A stretch of DNA of 64,000 bases, from NCBI GenBank assembly GCA_050872145.1, contig JBNMGG010000005.1, positions 12,140 to 76,139 of the forward strand. Direction: 5' to 3'. Both the position numbers and the translations under genes were made by a program. Below the pieces are notes generated by a model, which saw only the letters and a program-made list of their open reading frames with translations, was not told the DNA's origin and searched no databases. How positions within the stretch are numbered: the stretch's first letter is position 1; each line of letters starts with the position of its first letter. Of the stretch, positions 8,754 through 17,596 are shown piece after piece. This DNA comes from Candidatus Enteromonas sp. (GTDB taxonomy: Bacteria > Bacillota_I > Bacilli_A > RFN20 > CAG-826).

Positions 8754-9746
8754 TTATTCTCCCTCCACGGGCATCGGCTTCTTTTTCTTGGCCAGGCGGA
8801 TGAGGAAGAATACCCCAACCGCGCCCAACACGAAGAGGACGGCACCGATGATGTAATCCCAAGTTTGAATGGAGCCGGAGATGTACTTGGGGTAGATGTC
8901 GGAGTTGATGAACATGGAAACCAACGAACCCAAGATCAAACCCAGGATGCCGTAGAAAGTCGGGACCCTTTTCTTTTCCAAAAGCTTCCCCATGACTTTA
9001 GAGGAAACCACTAACCCGGCGACGGCCCCAAGGACCAATAGGAGCAAAAGGGCGATCCCGGTTCCGATGAAGGCGGAATCCCCATTCCCCCAAAGGCTCA
9101 AAGCAACCTGTTCGGGATTGCCTTTATCCGCGGGCATGAAGGTGTAGAGGATGGGGTAATACATCCCTAGGACCATCAAAGTCATGGATCCCGAAATGCC
9201 GGGGACGATGAAAGAGAAGGCAGCCAAAAAGCCGCAGACAGGAACTAGAAGGTACATCCACCACGTCCGGTTGAGGAGCTGCTCCCCCAAATTGACTTTG
9301 CAGAGGGCCGTGAAGACCCCTAGTCCCGCAGCGAGAAGGAAGCAAAGGAAAAAGCAGAGGACGTAGATTGCTATTTGCTTTCCGCTTTCCCCTTTCTTCA
9401 ATTCGGAAACGGCCACGGGGAGGGAACCAAACACCAATCCCGCAAAGAGTCCCGTCAAAGTGAACGGGGCAACGGAATAGCCTTTTTTGATGCCGACGAA
9501 AGCCCCCAAAGCCCCCAAAGCCAAACCAAGCAAATAGGGGAGGAGGAACAAAAAGGATTTTTTAAAGTTTTTTCGTAGCGAAGAAATCGCCTGAATCAGG
9601 GAATCGTAGCACCCCTCCACGACGGCGATGGTGCCCCCGCTTAATCCCGGGATGGCGGCGGACACGCCTAAGCTGGCGCCCTTGGCGAGGTCCAAAAAGA
9701 AGCCGCCCGCGCCGCGTTTTTCGTTTTTTGTTTGCTGTTTTTGCAT
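8754..9746 (-). CDS. DUF368 family membrane protein (family implicated in undecaprenyl-phosphate translocation)
   Basis: Polytopic protein. The duplicated motifs AIPGLSGGTIAVV and IVPGISGSMTLMVLG are typical of DUF368. Confidence 0.75.
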   Translation of the reverse strand: MQKQQTKNEKRGAGGFFLDLAKGASLGVSAAIPGLSGGTIAVVEGCYDSLIQAISSLRKNFKKSFLFLLPYLLGLALGALGAFVGIKKGYSVAPFTLTGLFAGLVFGSLPVAVSELKKGESGKQIAIYVLCFFLCFLLAAGLGVFTALCKVNLGEQLLNRTWWMYLLVPVCGFLAAFSFIVPGISGSMTLMVLGMYYPILYTFMPADKGNPEQVALSLWGNGDSAFIGTGIALLLLLVLGAVAGLVVSSKVMGKLLEKKRVPTFYGILGLILGSLVSMFINSDIYPKYISGSIQTWDYIIGAVLFVLGAVGVFFLIRLAKKKKPMPVEGE

Positions 9747-9838
9747 AGGCCAAGTTTAGTCGATGGATTTTTCTTTGTATAGGATAGGGGTTTTGCCTTT
9801 TGTAAATTCTTCATTCGGGGGCTTGACAAAACAAAATT

Positions 9839-9853
9839 TTGGTAGCGCTTACA
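9839..9853. promoter_or_regulatory. cre-like (CcpA-type) palindromic site
   Basis: TTGGTAGCGCTTACA has one mismatch to WTGNAANCGNWNNCW and is intergenic. Confidence 0.35.
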
Positions 9854-9889
9854 TCTTTCCCTTTTCACCGATTTCTTCCTCGCTATAAT

Positions 9890-10115
9890 GGTGGTGCTGG
9901 AGGGAAATCTCCAGTCCGCCAAGAGGGATTTGTCCCCCTACATTGCGAACGTTTCGGGAATCCTGATCGCGCTCGCCCGTTGTTGAAAGCCCATCTTGAA
10001 TGGGAATCCTGAAGGCAGACGAGGATGCCCACCTCTTGAAAAAGAGGGACTACTCGCGCCTCTTGGCTAGTTTGCCTCCTTTCAGCCCTGGGTGCCTCCT
10101 TCCCAGGGCTTTTCC
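9890..10115 (+). ncRNA. candidate structured RNA or cis-acting leader of unknown class
   Basis: An ORF-free, GC-rich stretch follows a TATAAT at 9884-9889. Visible elements:
- local hairpin CTGGAG-GGAAAT-CTCCAG;
- long-range complementarity GCCAAGAGG (9919-9927) / CCTCTTGGC (10059-10067);
- duplicated GGGAATCCTGA;
- hairpin CCTCTT-GAAAA-AGAGG;
- closing hairpin AGCCCTGG...CCAGGGCT (10084-10110) plus a short T tract, 60 nt before the 10172 start. Confidence 0.4.
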
Positions 10116-10171
10116 TTCGCCTTGATAAATAGAAGGAATTCTTTGAAAATGGAGCGGAAAGGTGGTTTCCC

Positions 10172-11104
10172 ATGATTTTTGGATTAGAACCCGTTCAAGC
10201 TCTTCTTCTGTATTTGTTCCTCTTCTTAACCGGCTGCATGCTCGGATACCTTCTGGAAGTGTTCTTCCGGCGCTTTTTCACCGCGAAGAAATGGGTTAAC
10301 CCCGGCTTCATGAGGGGCCCTTGGCTCCCGCTTTATGGCTTTGGGGTGGTCATCATGTTCACCGTGGTCATCCTTTTGCTTTATTACCTGACTTCCTGGC
10401 CTTTCTATAACCCCTTCGGCTTCTATGATTTCCTCGGCGAAGCCAGGGGCCCGAGCTATGCCGACCTTTTGCCGATCGCCATCATGGGCTGCTCGATGAT
10501 CGCCCTCGAATTCGTCGCCGGGCTCATCTTCGTGAAAGGGTTCAAAGTCAAGCTTTGGGACTACACGAACATGAAGGGGAACATCATGGGCATCATCTGC
10601 CCCCAGTTCAATCTTATTTGGTTCGCTTTGGCCATCGCCTTCTATTACGGTCTCAACCCCTTCGTCTATAAGCTTGCCCAAGAAGCTTATGCTTATATGT
10701 TCGGCGTCTCCGGGGTAAGGGAAGCCCACTTCGGCTTCATCTTCATTCTCGGGATGGTCTATGGGGTCATGCTCATCGACTTCGTTTTGTCCGCGGGGGT
10801 GTTCACCCGCGTCTCCAAATGGGCAAAGAAATCCGGCATGAAGCTCCGTTACGACGAAATGAGAATTAAATACAAAGAGGGGCTGATCTCCGCCCGCCTC
10901 AAACTGCAGGAAGCCTTGCCCGCCCCGGTGAAAAACGTGATCGAAAATCACAAGGAAAAAATAAAAGAGGGGGATTCTGCGCCGCAAAAGGCCGCCTCTT
11001 GGGTCTCAAAGCTGATTTTCATCGATCCGAATAAATCGAAGGACACCGCCTCCAACTATGACGAAAACGGCCGCCCCATCTCTATGGAAGAGCCGAAAAA
11101 GTAA
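10172..11104 (+). CDS. DUF1113 / putative ABC-transporter type IV (CmpB-like) membrane protein
   Basis: CMLGYLLEVFFRRFFTAKKWVNPGFMRGPWLPLYGFGVVIMF matches the family N-terminal pattern. The protein is polytopic, with AAAGGTGG upstream of the ATG. Confidence 0.6.
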   Translation: MIFGLEPVQALLLYLFLFLTGCMLGYLLEVFFRRFFTAKKWVNPGFMRGPWLPLYGFGVVIMFTVVILLLYYLTSWPFYNPFGFYDFLGEARGPSYADLLPIAIMGCSMIALEFVAGLIFVKGFKVKLWDYTNMKGNIMGIICPQFNLIWFALAIAFYYGLNPFVYKLAQEAYAYMFGVSGVREAHFGFIFILGMVYGVMLIDFVLSAGVFTRVSKWAKKSGMKLRYDEMRIKYKEGLISARLKLQEALPAPVKNVIENHKEKIKEGDSAPQKAASWVSKLIFIDPNKSKDTASNYDENGRPISMEEPKK

Positions 11105-12743
11105 TCGTGATCGTCGTTCCCTTTCCGAGTTTGGAAAGAAGTTTGATTTCCCCGTTCCGCGCTTCGCAGATGTGCTTGACGATGGCTAACCCAAGCCCCG
11201 TCCCTCCGCTTTCCCGAGAACGGGATTTGTCCACGCGATAGAAACGCTCAAAGACCCGTTTTTGGTCCTTGGACGCGATGCCGATGCCGTTGTCTTGGCA
11301 AGAGAATCCGTTCGGGAAGAGGATGAGCTTGGCCCATCCTCCTTTTTTGTTGTAACGGATCGCGTTCTCCAAAAGATTCTTCAAAACCGAATAGGCTTCC
11401 TGCGGGGACAAAGGAAGGGAGCCTTCTCCGGAAACGGAGAGGGCGACGTCCTTTTCCTGCGCGAAGGCGGAGAGGTCGGAGAGGGCTTCCTCGGCGATGG
11501 GGGCTAGGGGCGTGGGGGAGGCTAGGGGCGGAAGCTCCTCGGATTCCATTTTCGAAAGCGAGAGCATCTCGCTGACGAGCCCTAGCATGCGCTTGGCCTC
11601 TTTGGCGATGGAGGAGGAATAAGCGAGGACGTCGGGGTCTTTTTCCTTCAGGGCGATGAGCTCGTTGAAACCCATGATGGAAGTCAGGGGCGTTTTCAAT
11701 TCGTGGCTGGCGGAATCGAAGAACTCCTTCCTCATTTTGCTTTGCTGCTTTTCGGCGGTGACGTCGGTGAAGACGAGAAGCCGGATTTCGGGCGAGGAGG
11801 TATACGTCAACAAGAAGGTTGATCCCCCTTTTTCAAATTCGGCGTTGGAGCTAGGCCCTTTCTTAAAAAGGGAATCCAAAAGGGAGCCGATCCCGAGGTC
11901 TGCATCGCGGTGGGGAAGGTCTGGATTCAAATCGAACAAAGAAGAAGCGGAGGGATTGCAGAAAAGGATGTTCCCTTTCTCGTCCAAAGCCAAAATCCCG
12001 TCTTGGACGTGATCCAAAACGAGCTTCAGGCGATTTCGTTCCTCTTGGAAGGAACCCATTGTTTTCTGAAGCTGTTCGGCAAGGGAGGAAATGTCGGCGA
12101 GGATCGGCTGAAAATCCGGGTCCTTGGAAATTTCCTCCGGGGGGAGGGGCTTCCCGGAAAGGACATCGTCCAATTGGCCTTTGACTTTCTTTAAAGGCTC
12201 GGTGGATTTGCTCACAAGCAAAAAGGACAGCCCGATGGAGGCACCTAAAGTCAGCAGGAAAACCAAAATCATCCAAGGGACGTAGGAATTCAAAAAGGAA
12301 GCGAAAGAAGAAAGCCTTAAGGCGACGCGGAGGTAGACAAAACCCCGCGGATCGGAAGAAGAGGGGACTTTTACGGCGTAATAAAGGTAATCAATCCCGA
12401 TGGTTTCCGAACGCCGGGAATAGATTTTCCCCTTTGTTTCGCCCACGAAAGGAGCGGTTTGGATCTCCGGACGGCTTAGGTGGTTTTGGTCGGAAACGGC
12501 TTGGGAATCCAATAAGACGGTCCCATCGGAGGCGATGATCGTTTCGCGGACGGAAGGGTCGCTGACGGTTAGCTTCGTCGAACTTTCCCTATATCCCTGC
12601 GCGTAGGCTTCCGTGAGTTGGTAAAGAGAGGATTCAGCTTGGGATTTGATGGTGGTGGAAGCGGCTCCGATCCCGCACCCCAGCATCGTCGAAAGGGAGA
12701 GGGTGATGATCAATACGCTGAAGCCGATGGTTTTCTTTTTCAT
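11082..12743 (-). CDS. phoR: sensor histidine kinase, PhoR-like
   Basis: The ATG at 12743 overlaps the regulator stop (ATGA). It has an N-terminal TM segment, the HisKA box FFDSASHELKTPLTSIMGF, and HATPase motifs (NLLENAIRYNKKGG, DNGIGI, GGTGLGLAIVK). It is the last gene of the pst-pho operon. Confidence 0.8.
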   Translation of the reverse strand: MKKKTIGFSVLIITLSLSTMLGCGIGAASTTIKSQAESSLYQLTEAYAQGYRESSTKLTVSDPSVRETIIASDGTVLLDSQAVSDQNHLSRPEIQTAPFVGETKGKIYSRRSETIGIDYLYYAVKVPSSSDPRGFVYLRVALRLSSFASFLNSYVPWMILVFLLTLGASIGLSFLLVSKSTEPLKKVKGQLDDVLSGKPLPPEEISKDPDFQPILADISSLAEQLQKTMGSFQEERNRLKLVLDHVQDGILALDEKGNILFCNPSASSLFDLNPDLPHRDADLGIGSLLDSLFKKGPSSNAEFEKGGSTFLLTYTSSPEIRLLVFTDVTAEKQQSKMRKEFFDSASHELKTPLTSIMGFNELIALKEKDPDVLAYSSSIAKEAKRMLGLVSEMLSLSKMESEELPPLASPTPLAPIAEEALSDLSAFAQEKDVALSVSGEGSLPLSPQEAYSVLKNLLENAIRYNKKGGWAKLILFPNGFSCQDNGIGIASKDQKRVFERFYRVDKSRSRESGGTGLGLAIVKHICEARNGEIKLLSKLGKGTTITITFSALP

Positions 12744-13420
12744 CGGAGAACGTAGCCAATCCCGCGCACGGTGTCGATGCCGGCTTGGGACCCTTGGATT
12801 TTGGCGCGGATTTTCGAAACGTGGATGTCGATGGTCCGGGTTTCGATTCCGGAAGAGGCAATCCCCCAAACCGCGGAGAGGATTTCGTCTTTGGAAAGGA
12901 CCTTATTGGGGTTTGAGATGAAATAGGACAGAAGGGAAAACTCTTTCTTCGCTAAGGAAAGAGGGACCCCATTTAGGCAAATTTCGTGGGCTTTGGAGTC
13001 GCAGGAAAGGTCTTTGTAAACCTTCTTGGAGGAATTGTCTTCCCGTTGAGCGCGACGGAGGTTCGCTTTGATTCGGGCCAGCATCTCCGCGACCGAGAAA
13101 GGCTTGGAGATGTAATCGTCGGCCCCGAGGTTCAATCCCTTCACCTTGTCGACCTCCCCCGTTCGGGCGGAGACGATGATGATGGGGATGGATGAGCATT
13201 TCGGATCCTCCTTCAAGTCGGCAAGCAATCGGAAACCATCCTCCCCTTCGAGCATCAAATCCAAAAGAATCAGGTCGATTTTCTCTTCGCGGAGGGCTTC
13301 GAAGAGCTCCTTGCCGCTTTTTAATGGGACCGGGGTAAATCCACCCAAAGGCAAAGCGGCCGCGTAGAGATCGCGGATGGAGGCTTCGTCGTCGACGCAG
13401 GCAATGTGGGGCTGTGACAT
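12740..13420 (-). CDS. phoP: OmpR/PhoB-family response regulator (PhoP-like)
   Basis: Receiver domain (IACVDDEASIRDLY...DLILLDLMLEGEDG) plus a winged-helix output domain (LSKDEILSAVWG...RTIDIHVSKIRAKI..IDTVRGIGYVL). Confidence 0.85.
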   Translation of the reverse strand: MSQPHIACVDDEASIRDLYAAALPLGGFTPVPLKSGKELFEALREEKIDLILLDLMLEGEDGFRLLADLKEDPKCSSIPIIIVSARTGEVDKVKGLNLGADDYISKPFSVAEMLARIKANLRRAQREDNSSKKVYKDLSCDSKAHEICLNGVPLSLAKKEFSLLSYFISNPNKVLSKDEILSAVWGIASSGIETRTIDIHVSKIRAKIQGSQAGIDTVRGIGYVLR

Positions 13421-13432
13421 AACTTCCTTATT

Positions 13433-14080
13433 TTACCGCGGAGGGAGCTCCCCGGTGGAGACGTAATCGACCCACTCCCCCAAATTGACCGCGTGATCCC
13501 CAATCCTTTCGAGGTATTTTGCGATCATCATGAACAAAATCGCCTGCTCGGAGTTCTCCTCTTTCTCACGGATCAGGCGGATGAGCTCTTTTTTGATTTG
13601 ATAGTAATCCTTGTCGACTTGGTCGTCGTCCCGGTCGAGGGTTTTGGCTTCCTCCGGATCCTCGTTGACGTAGCAACGGATGGCTTTGTTCACCATCTCG
13701 ATGACTTCCTCCCCAATTTCCGGGAGGGAAGGGGACAAACGCAAATAAGGCTCATTGGGGAAAGTGAGAACTTCCTCGGCGATGTCGACCGCGTAATCGC
13801 CGATCCTTTCCAAATCGGTGATCATCTTCAAGGACGCCGAGACATTGCGAAAATCCTTCGCGACCGGGGCGTCCAGCAACAAAATCCTCAACGCTTTGTC
13901 CTCGATGCTTTTGTTCAGCGCGTCGACTTCCCGGTCCCCGTCGATGACTTCCTTCGCCAAAGCGAAATCCTTTTTCTCAAAGGCGCGGAGCGATTTTCGG
14001 ATCTGCTCCATCGCCAAATAGCTCATTTTGGTGAGGCTGGCTTTGACCTCTTTGATTTCTCCGTCGAATCTTCTTTCCAT
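13433..14080 (-). CDS. phoU: phosphate signaling complex protein PhoU
   Basis: 215 aa with two PhoU repeats (ERIGDYAVDIAEE, ERIGDHAVNLGEW). It lies between pstB and the two-component genes. Confidence 0.9.
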   Translation of the reverse strand: MERRFDGEIKEVKASLTKMSYLAMEQIRKSLRAFEKKDFALAKEVIDGDREVDALNKSIEDKALRILLLDAPVAKDFRNVSASLKMITDLERIGDYAVDIAEEVLTFPNEPYLRLSPSLPEIGEEVIEMVNKAIRCYVNEDPEEAKTLDRDDDQVDKDYYQIKKELIRLIREKEENSEQAILFMMIAKYLERIGDHAVNLGEWVDYVSTGELPPR

Positions 14081-14082
14081 GA

Positions 14083-14844
14083 TTATCCGAACCTCCCGGT
14101 GATGTAATTTTCCGTTTCTTGCTTCTTCGGCGTCGAAAATAGCTCCTCCGTGGGGGCGAATTCGATGAGTTCCCCCAGCAGGAAGAAAGCCGTTTGGTCG
14201 GCGATGCGGGAAGCCTGCTGCATGTTGTGGGTCACGATGACGATGGTGATGCTGCTTTTCAGCTCGGAGATCAGCTCCTCGATTTTCGCGGTGGAAATGG
14301 GGTCGAGAGCGGAGGTGGGCTCATCCATCAGCAAGATTTCCGGCCCGGCGGATAAGGCCCGGGCGATGCAAAGCCGCTGCTGCTGCCCGCCGGAAAGGGA
14401 GAGGGCGCTGGCGCGCAAACGGTCCTTCACCTCTTCGTAGATAGACGCCTTTTGCAGGGAGGCGACCACGATTTTGTCGAGTTCGTCCTTTTTTCGGATC
14501 CCGAAAGTTCGGGGGGCGTAGGCGATGTTGTCGTAGATCGACATGGGGAAGGGGTTGGGTTTTTGAAAGACCATCCCAACCCTTTTCCGGAGCAAATTCA
14601 CGTCCACGCCCTTTTGATAAATGTTCTTCCCCTCGATGAGAAGTTCGCCTTGGATATGGCAGTCATCGATGAGGTCGTTCATGCGGTTGATGCATCGCAG
14701 GAACGTCGATTTTCCGCATCCGCTGGGTCCGATTAACGCGGTGCATTGCTTGCTGGGAATCACCATGTTGATGCCCTTCAGAGCCTCGTTTTTCCCGTAG
14801 TAAAGGCGAAGGTCTTTCGCTTCGATCGCACAGTCTTGGTTCAT
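14083..14844 (-). CDS. pstB: phosphate ABC transporter ATP-binding protein PstB
   Basis: The ATG at 14844 overlaps the pstA stop. Motifs: [48 protein letters not shown]. The tracked 518-aa ORF is an upstream run-on. Confidence 0.95.
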   Translation of the reverse strand: MNQDCAIEAKDLRLYYGKNEALKGINMVIPSKQCTALIGPSGCGKSTFLRCINRMNDLIDDCHIQGELLIEGKNIYQKGVDVNLLRKRVGMVFQKPNPFPMSIYDNIAYAPRTFGIRKKDELDKIVVASLQKASIYEEVKDRLRASALSLSGGQQQRLCIARALSAGPEILLMDEPTSALDPISTAKIEELISELKSSITIVIVTHNMQQASRIADQTAFFLLGELIEFAPTEELFSTPKKQETENYITGRFG

Positions 14845-15695
14845 TGTTTGCCCTTTCTCCTTTCCAATATCTTTCCCAATGCGAACGCCAATAAATCGAT
14901 GCAGAGGACGAACAAAAGCAAAACGAAGCTCGTGGCCGCTGCTTCTTTTTGATGGCCGTAGGAAGAGAAGTAGTAAATGTCGAGCGCCAAAGACGTCCCT
15001 GGGGACAAAGGAGTCTCCGGAACGTTTCCGACCACCATGCCGATGGTCATCAAAAGGGCCGCTGATTCGGAGACCACCCTTCCCATGGCCAAAATCAAGG
15101 ATGTGAGGATCCCCGGAGCGGCGCTGGGGAGGGCGACGGTGAAAATGACCCTCACCTTGCTGGCCCCCAAGGCGTAAGCCCCTTCCCGCAAAGAGTTCGG
15201 AACCGAATTCAAAGCTTCTTCGACGTTTCTGACAATCAGAGGCAAAATCATGATCGCGAGAGTCAACGACCCCGCCAAAATCGAATACCCCCAATGCAGG
15301 GAAACCACAAAGCAGAGATTCCCGAATAACCCATACACGATGGAGGGGATGCCGGATAAGGTCTCCGTCGCCAAGCGGATGAGGCGGACCGGAAGCGAAT
15401 CGGTGGAGGTGTATTCGGCGAGGAAAACCGCCGCCCCAACCCCGATGGGGAAAGCGAAGAGAAGCGACCATCCCAATAGCTGCAAAGTCCCCAAAATCGC
15501 GGGCCCGATGGTGGGGGAGGCCTCCCGGTAATCGCCGAAGAACAGATTCCACGACAAACCCGATGCCCCGTCTTTGCAAACGAAGATGAGAATCGCAAAC
15601 AAGGCCACCAACCCCAGCAACGTGGCAAGGTAAGCGCATCCTTTCGCGGAGGAATAAAACAAGCGTTTCCTTTTGTAAGGGGTGAAGCTAAACAT
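14841..15695 (-). CDS. pstA: phosphate ABC transporter permease PstA
   Basis: Polytopic permease with an EAA-type loop ([21 protein letters not shown]), positioned between pstC and pstB. Confidence 0.9.
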   Translation of the reverse strand: MFSFTPYKRKRLFYSSAKGCAYLATLLGLVALFAILIFVCKDGASGLSWNLFFGDYREASPTIGPAILGTLQLLGWSLLFAFPIGVGAAVFLAEYTSTDSLPVRLIRLATETLSGIPSIVYGLFGNLCFVVSLHWGYSILAGSLTLAIMILPLIVRNVEEALNSVPNSLREGAYALGASKVRVIFTVALPSAAPGILTSLILAMGRVVSESAALLMTIGMVVGNVPETPLSPGTSLALDIYYFSSYGHQKEAAATSFVLLLFVLCIDLLAFALGKILERRKGKQ

Positions 15696-16578
15696 GCTGG
15701 CCCCTCCTTCCTTTGATCAGGGCGAAAATCAGATTGATGGCCAAAGCGAAGACAAACAAAACGACCCCCGTTGCGACCAAAGAGAGTTTGGCGTCCCCGT
15801 TCATCTCCGTCGCCGACAAGGCGATGTTGGAGGTCAACGTGCGGACGGATTGGGTCAAAGAAGTCGGCATTTGCGGGGAATTCCCCAAAACCATGATGAC
15901 CGCCATCGTTTCGCCCATCGCCCGGCCAATCGTAAGGACTAAAGCCGCAAAAATGCCGTTTTTCGCCGCGGGGAGGACGACTTTGAACGTTGCCATTTCT
16001 TTCGTGGACCCCAAAGACAAAGCCCCTTCATAGTAGGAGGGGTTCACCGCGGAGAGGGCATCGTAACTGACCGAAGCCATCGTCGGCAAAACCATGATGG
16101 ACAAAATGATCGACGAGGAAAGCAAACCGTACCCATTCCCATTGAGGGAAATGTAATCCCGAACGAAAGGGACGACGAAGGTGATGCCGAACAACCCGAA
16201 GATGACGGAGGGGATCCCCGAGAGCAAGTCGATCAAGGCTTTGATGGGCTTGACGATTCTTCTGGGCAGGAAGCGGAACAAAGCGATGGCGACCAATAGC
16301 CCAATCCCGCCCCCTAAGACAGTGGAAAGCGCGGTCAGGTAAAGGGTGGCGACGATCATGGGGAAAATCCCGTAGGTTGGGTTTTCGGCCAAAGGCGCCC
16401 ACTCCACCCCAAACAAAAAATGCCCCCAGCCGATCCGGTTCAGGAAAGGGATGGCGGTGGCGAAAAGATAAACCAAGATCAAAAGAAGCGACAAAAGGGA
16501 GAAGGAGGCCGCGGCGAAGAAAGCCCCCTTCATTCCCTTTTCGCGGAGATTGATCCAAGAAGCGCGGCTGACCTTCAT
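15688..16578 (-). CDS. pstC: phosphate ABC transporter permease PstC
   Basis: Polytopic permease (YEGALSLGSTKEMATFKVVLPAA loop). It overlaps both neighbours. Confidence 0.9.
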   Translation of the reverse strand: MKVSRASWINLREKGMKGAFFAAASFSLLSLLLILVYLFATAIPFLNRIGWGHFLFGVEWAPLAENPTYGIFPMIVATLYLTALSTVLGGGIGLLVAIALFRFLPRRIVKPIKALIDLLSGIPSVIFGLFGITFVVPFVRDYISLNGNGYGLLSSSIILSIMVLPTMASVSYDALSAVNPSYYEGALSLGSTKEMATFKVVLPAAKNGIFAALVLTIGRAMGETMAVIMVLGNSPQMPTSLTQSVRTLTSNIALSATEMNGDAKLSLVATGVVLFVFALAINLIFALIKGRRGQHV

Positions 16579-17447
16579 TCCTTGAAACTGGCCCAGGTTA
16601 GGATGTGCTCGCCCTCCCCGTTGCCGTAGATGGACTTCAACTGGTCCATGGTGATCGATTCCACGGGGTTGTCTTTGCTGACGATGACGGCGATCCCGTC
16701 TTTGGCGACCGTGAGGCTGGTGCAGCTAGGCGCATCGGTTTGAACGAAGTTCTTGGAAATCATCCCGAAATCGGAAGTCCCGTTCTCCGCATCGGACAAA
16801 CCTGTCCCCGATCCCCCGCCGGAGACGTTGACGGTGACGTTGGGCTGAACCTTTTTGAACTCCTCGGCGATCAGCCCCATCAAGGGCTGCAGGGAGGTCG
16901 ATCCGGAGATGTTGATTTGGCCTGCCAATTCGGGAGAGGGCTGATATTCCTTCGCCCCGTCGACGATGGAAACGTAGCCATTGTCGCCGATGATTTTTTG
17001 AACTTGGCTGGAGGAGAGGAAAGCCAAATAAGAGGAGAAGACAGAAGAAGCCTTGATGGTGGCTTCCTTATAGACGACGCTGAGAGGGCGGGAGATCGCG
17101 TAATCCCCGGTTTTGCAGTTCTCCAAGGTGCAGGGCACCCCATTGACGGAGAGCTTCTTGACGTCTTCGGTGACGTATCCTAAGGAATCGTAGGCGATCG
17201 CGTAGGGGTTTTGCTTCACCCCCTGAAGGACGGCGGCGGTGGAGTTTTGGATGATCGCGCCTTTGACGTCCCCTTTTTGTCCTTTCAAGCCGATGATTTC
17301 GAGGAAGGCCGCTTTGGTCCCGGAGCCGTCCTCGCGGCAGATCACCGAGATCTGGGCTTCGTAGTTAAAGCCCCCTTTCGCCCCTCCACAGGAGACAAGC
17401 AGCGCCGCGGATGCTAGGGCGCCAACGAATACGATTTTTCTGTTCAT
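16575..17447 (-). CDS. pstS: phosphate-binding lipoprotein PstS
   Basis: MNRKIVFVGALASAALLVSCGG lipoprotein signal. ISGSTSLQPLM and GGGSGTG motifs are typical of PstS/PBP-type binding proteins. It is the first gene of the operon. Confidence 0.9.
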   Translation of the reverse strand: MNRKIVFVGALASAALLVSCGGAKGGFNYEAQISVICREDGSGTKAAFLEIIGLKGQKGDVKGAIIQNSTAAVLQGVKQNPYAIAYDSLGYVTEDVKKLSVNGVPCTLENCKTGDYAISRPLSVVYKEATIKASSVFSSYLAFLSSSQVQKIIGDNGYVSIVDGAKEYQPSPELAGQINISGSTSLQPLMGLIAEEFKKVQPNVTVNVSGGGSGTGLSDAENGTSDFGMISKNFVQTDAPSCTSLTVAKDGIAVIVSKDNPVESITMDQLKSIYGNGEGEHILTWASFKE

Positions 17448-17509
17448 TTCTTTTTTCCTTTGTACGGAAAAACTTTAGGAGGTCCCCTTTTTTGCAAAAA
17501 CCATGAGAT

Positions 17510-17537
17510 TGGAAATTGGATGTAAAGAAAATGTAAA
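17510..17537 (-). promoter_or_regulatory. Pho-box-like direct repeats upstream of pstS
   Basis: The minus strand reads TTTACA-ttttc-TTTACA-tccaa-TTTCCA. These are three hexamers with exact 11-bp phasing (17537, 17526, 17515), 62-90 nt upstream of the pstS ATG. This matches the Bacillus-type PhoP box TT(A/T/C)ACA with a 5-bp spacer. Confidence 0.6.
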
Positions 17538-17596
17538 GCGTTGGGTTTGCCCTTCTTCTTTCCGCCCCGTAAACTGATTGCCAGGAGGATTTTGCA

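Noticed and set aside
9890-10115. Assigning the structured element to a known class (cobalamin, TPP, SAM-I, ydaO/c-di-AMP, glycine, T-box, SRP RNA or 6S RNA).
   Set aside because: Remembered core motifs are absent. These include the B12 box, CUGAGA/ACCUGAUCUGGAUAAUGCCAGCG, ACGGGGA...CAGCUAACC, the T-box AAUUGGGUGGUACCGCG and the SRP GGAAGCAGC loop. The 6S idea rests only on end-to-end pairing. The class is left open.
9883-10173. A 96-aa minus-strand ORF in the DUF368/DUF1113 intergenic gap.
   Set aside because: It is Arg/Ser/Pro-rich with no RBS, and would end inside the neighbouring start region. The segment is better explained as structured non-coding RNA.
14845-15639. N-terminal extensions of tracked ORFs. 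They affect pstB (518 aa), the CMD-cupin gene (361 aa), pflB (836 aa), the purine permease (587 aa), phoR (595 aa), hpt, rarA, the GNAT at 41238, the GltD-like gene and the MscS gene.
   Set aside because: The extensions run through the upstream gene in another frame and are Arg/Pro/Gly-rich nonsense. The internal ATG has a Shine-Dalgarno or an ATGA overlap, and gives the N-terminus expected for the family.
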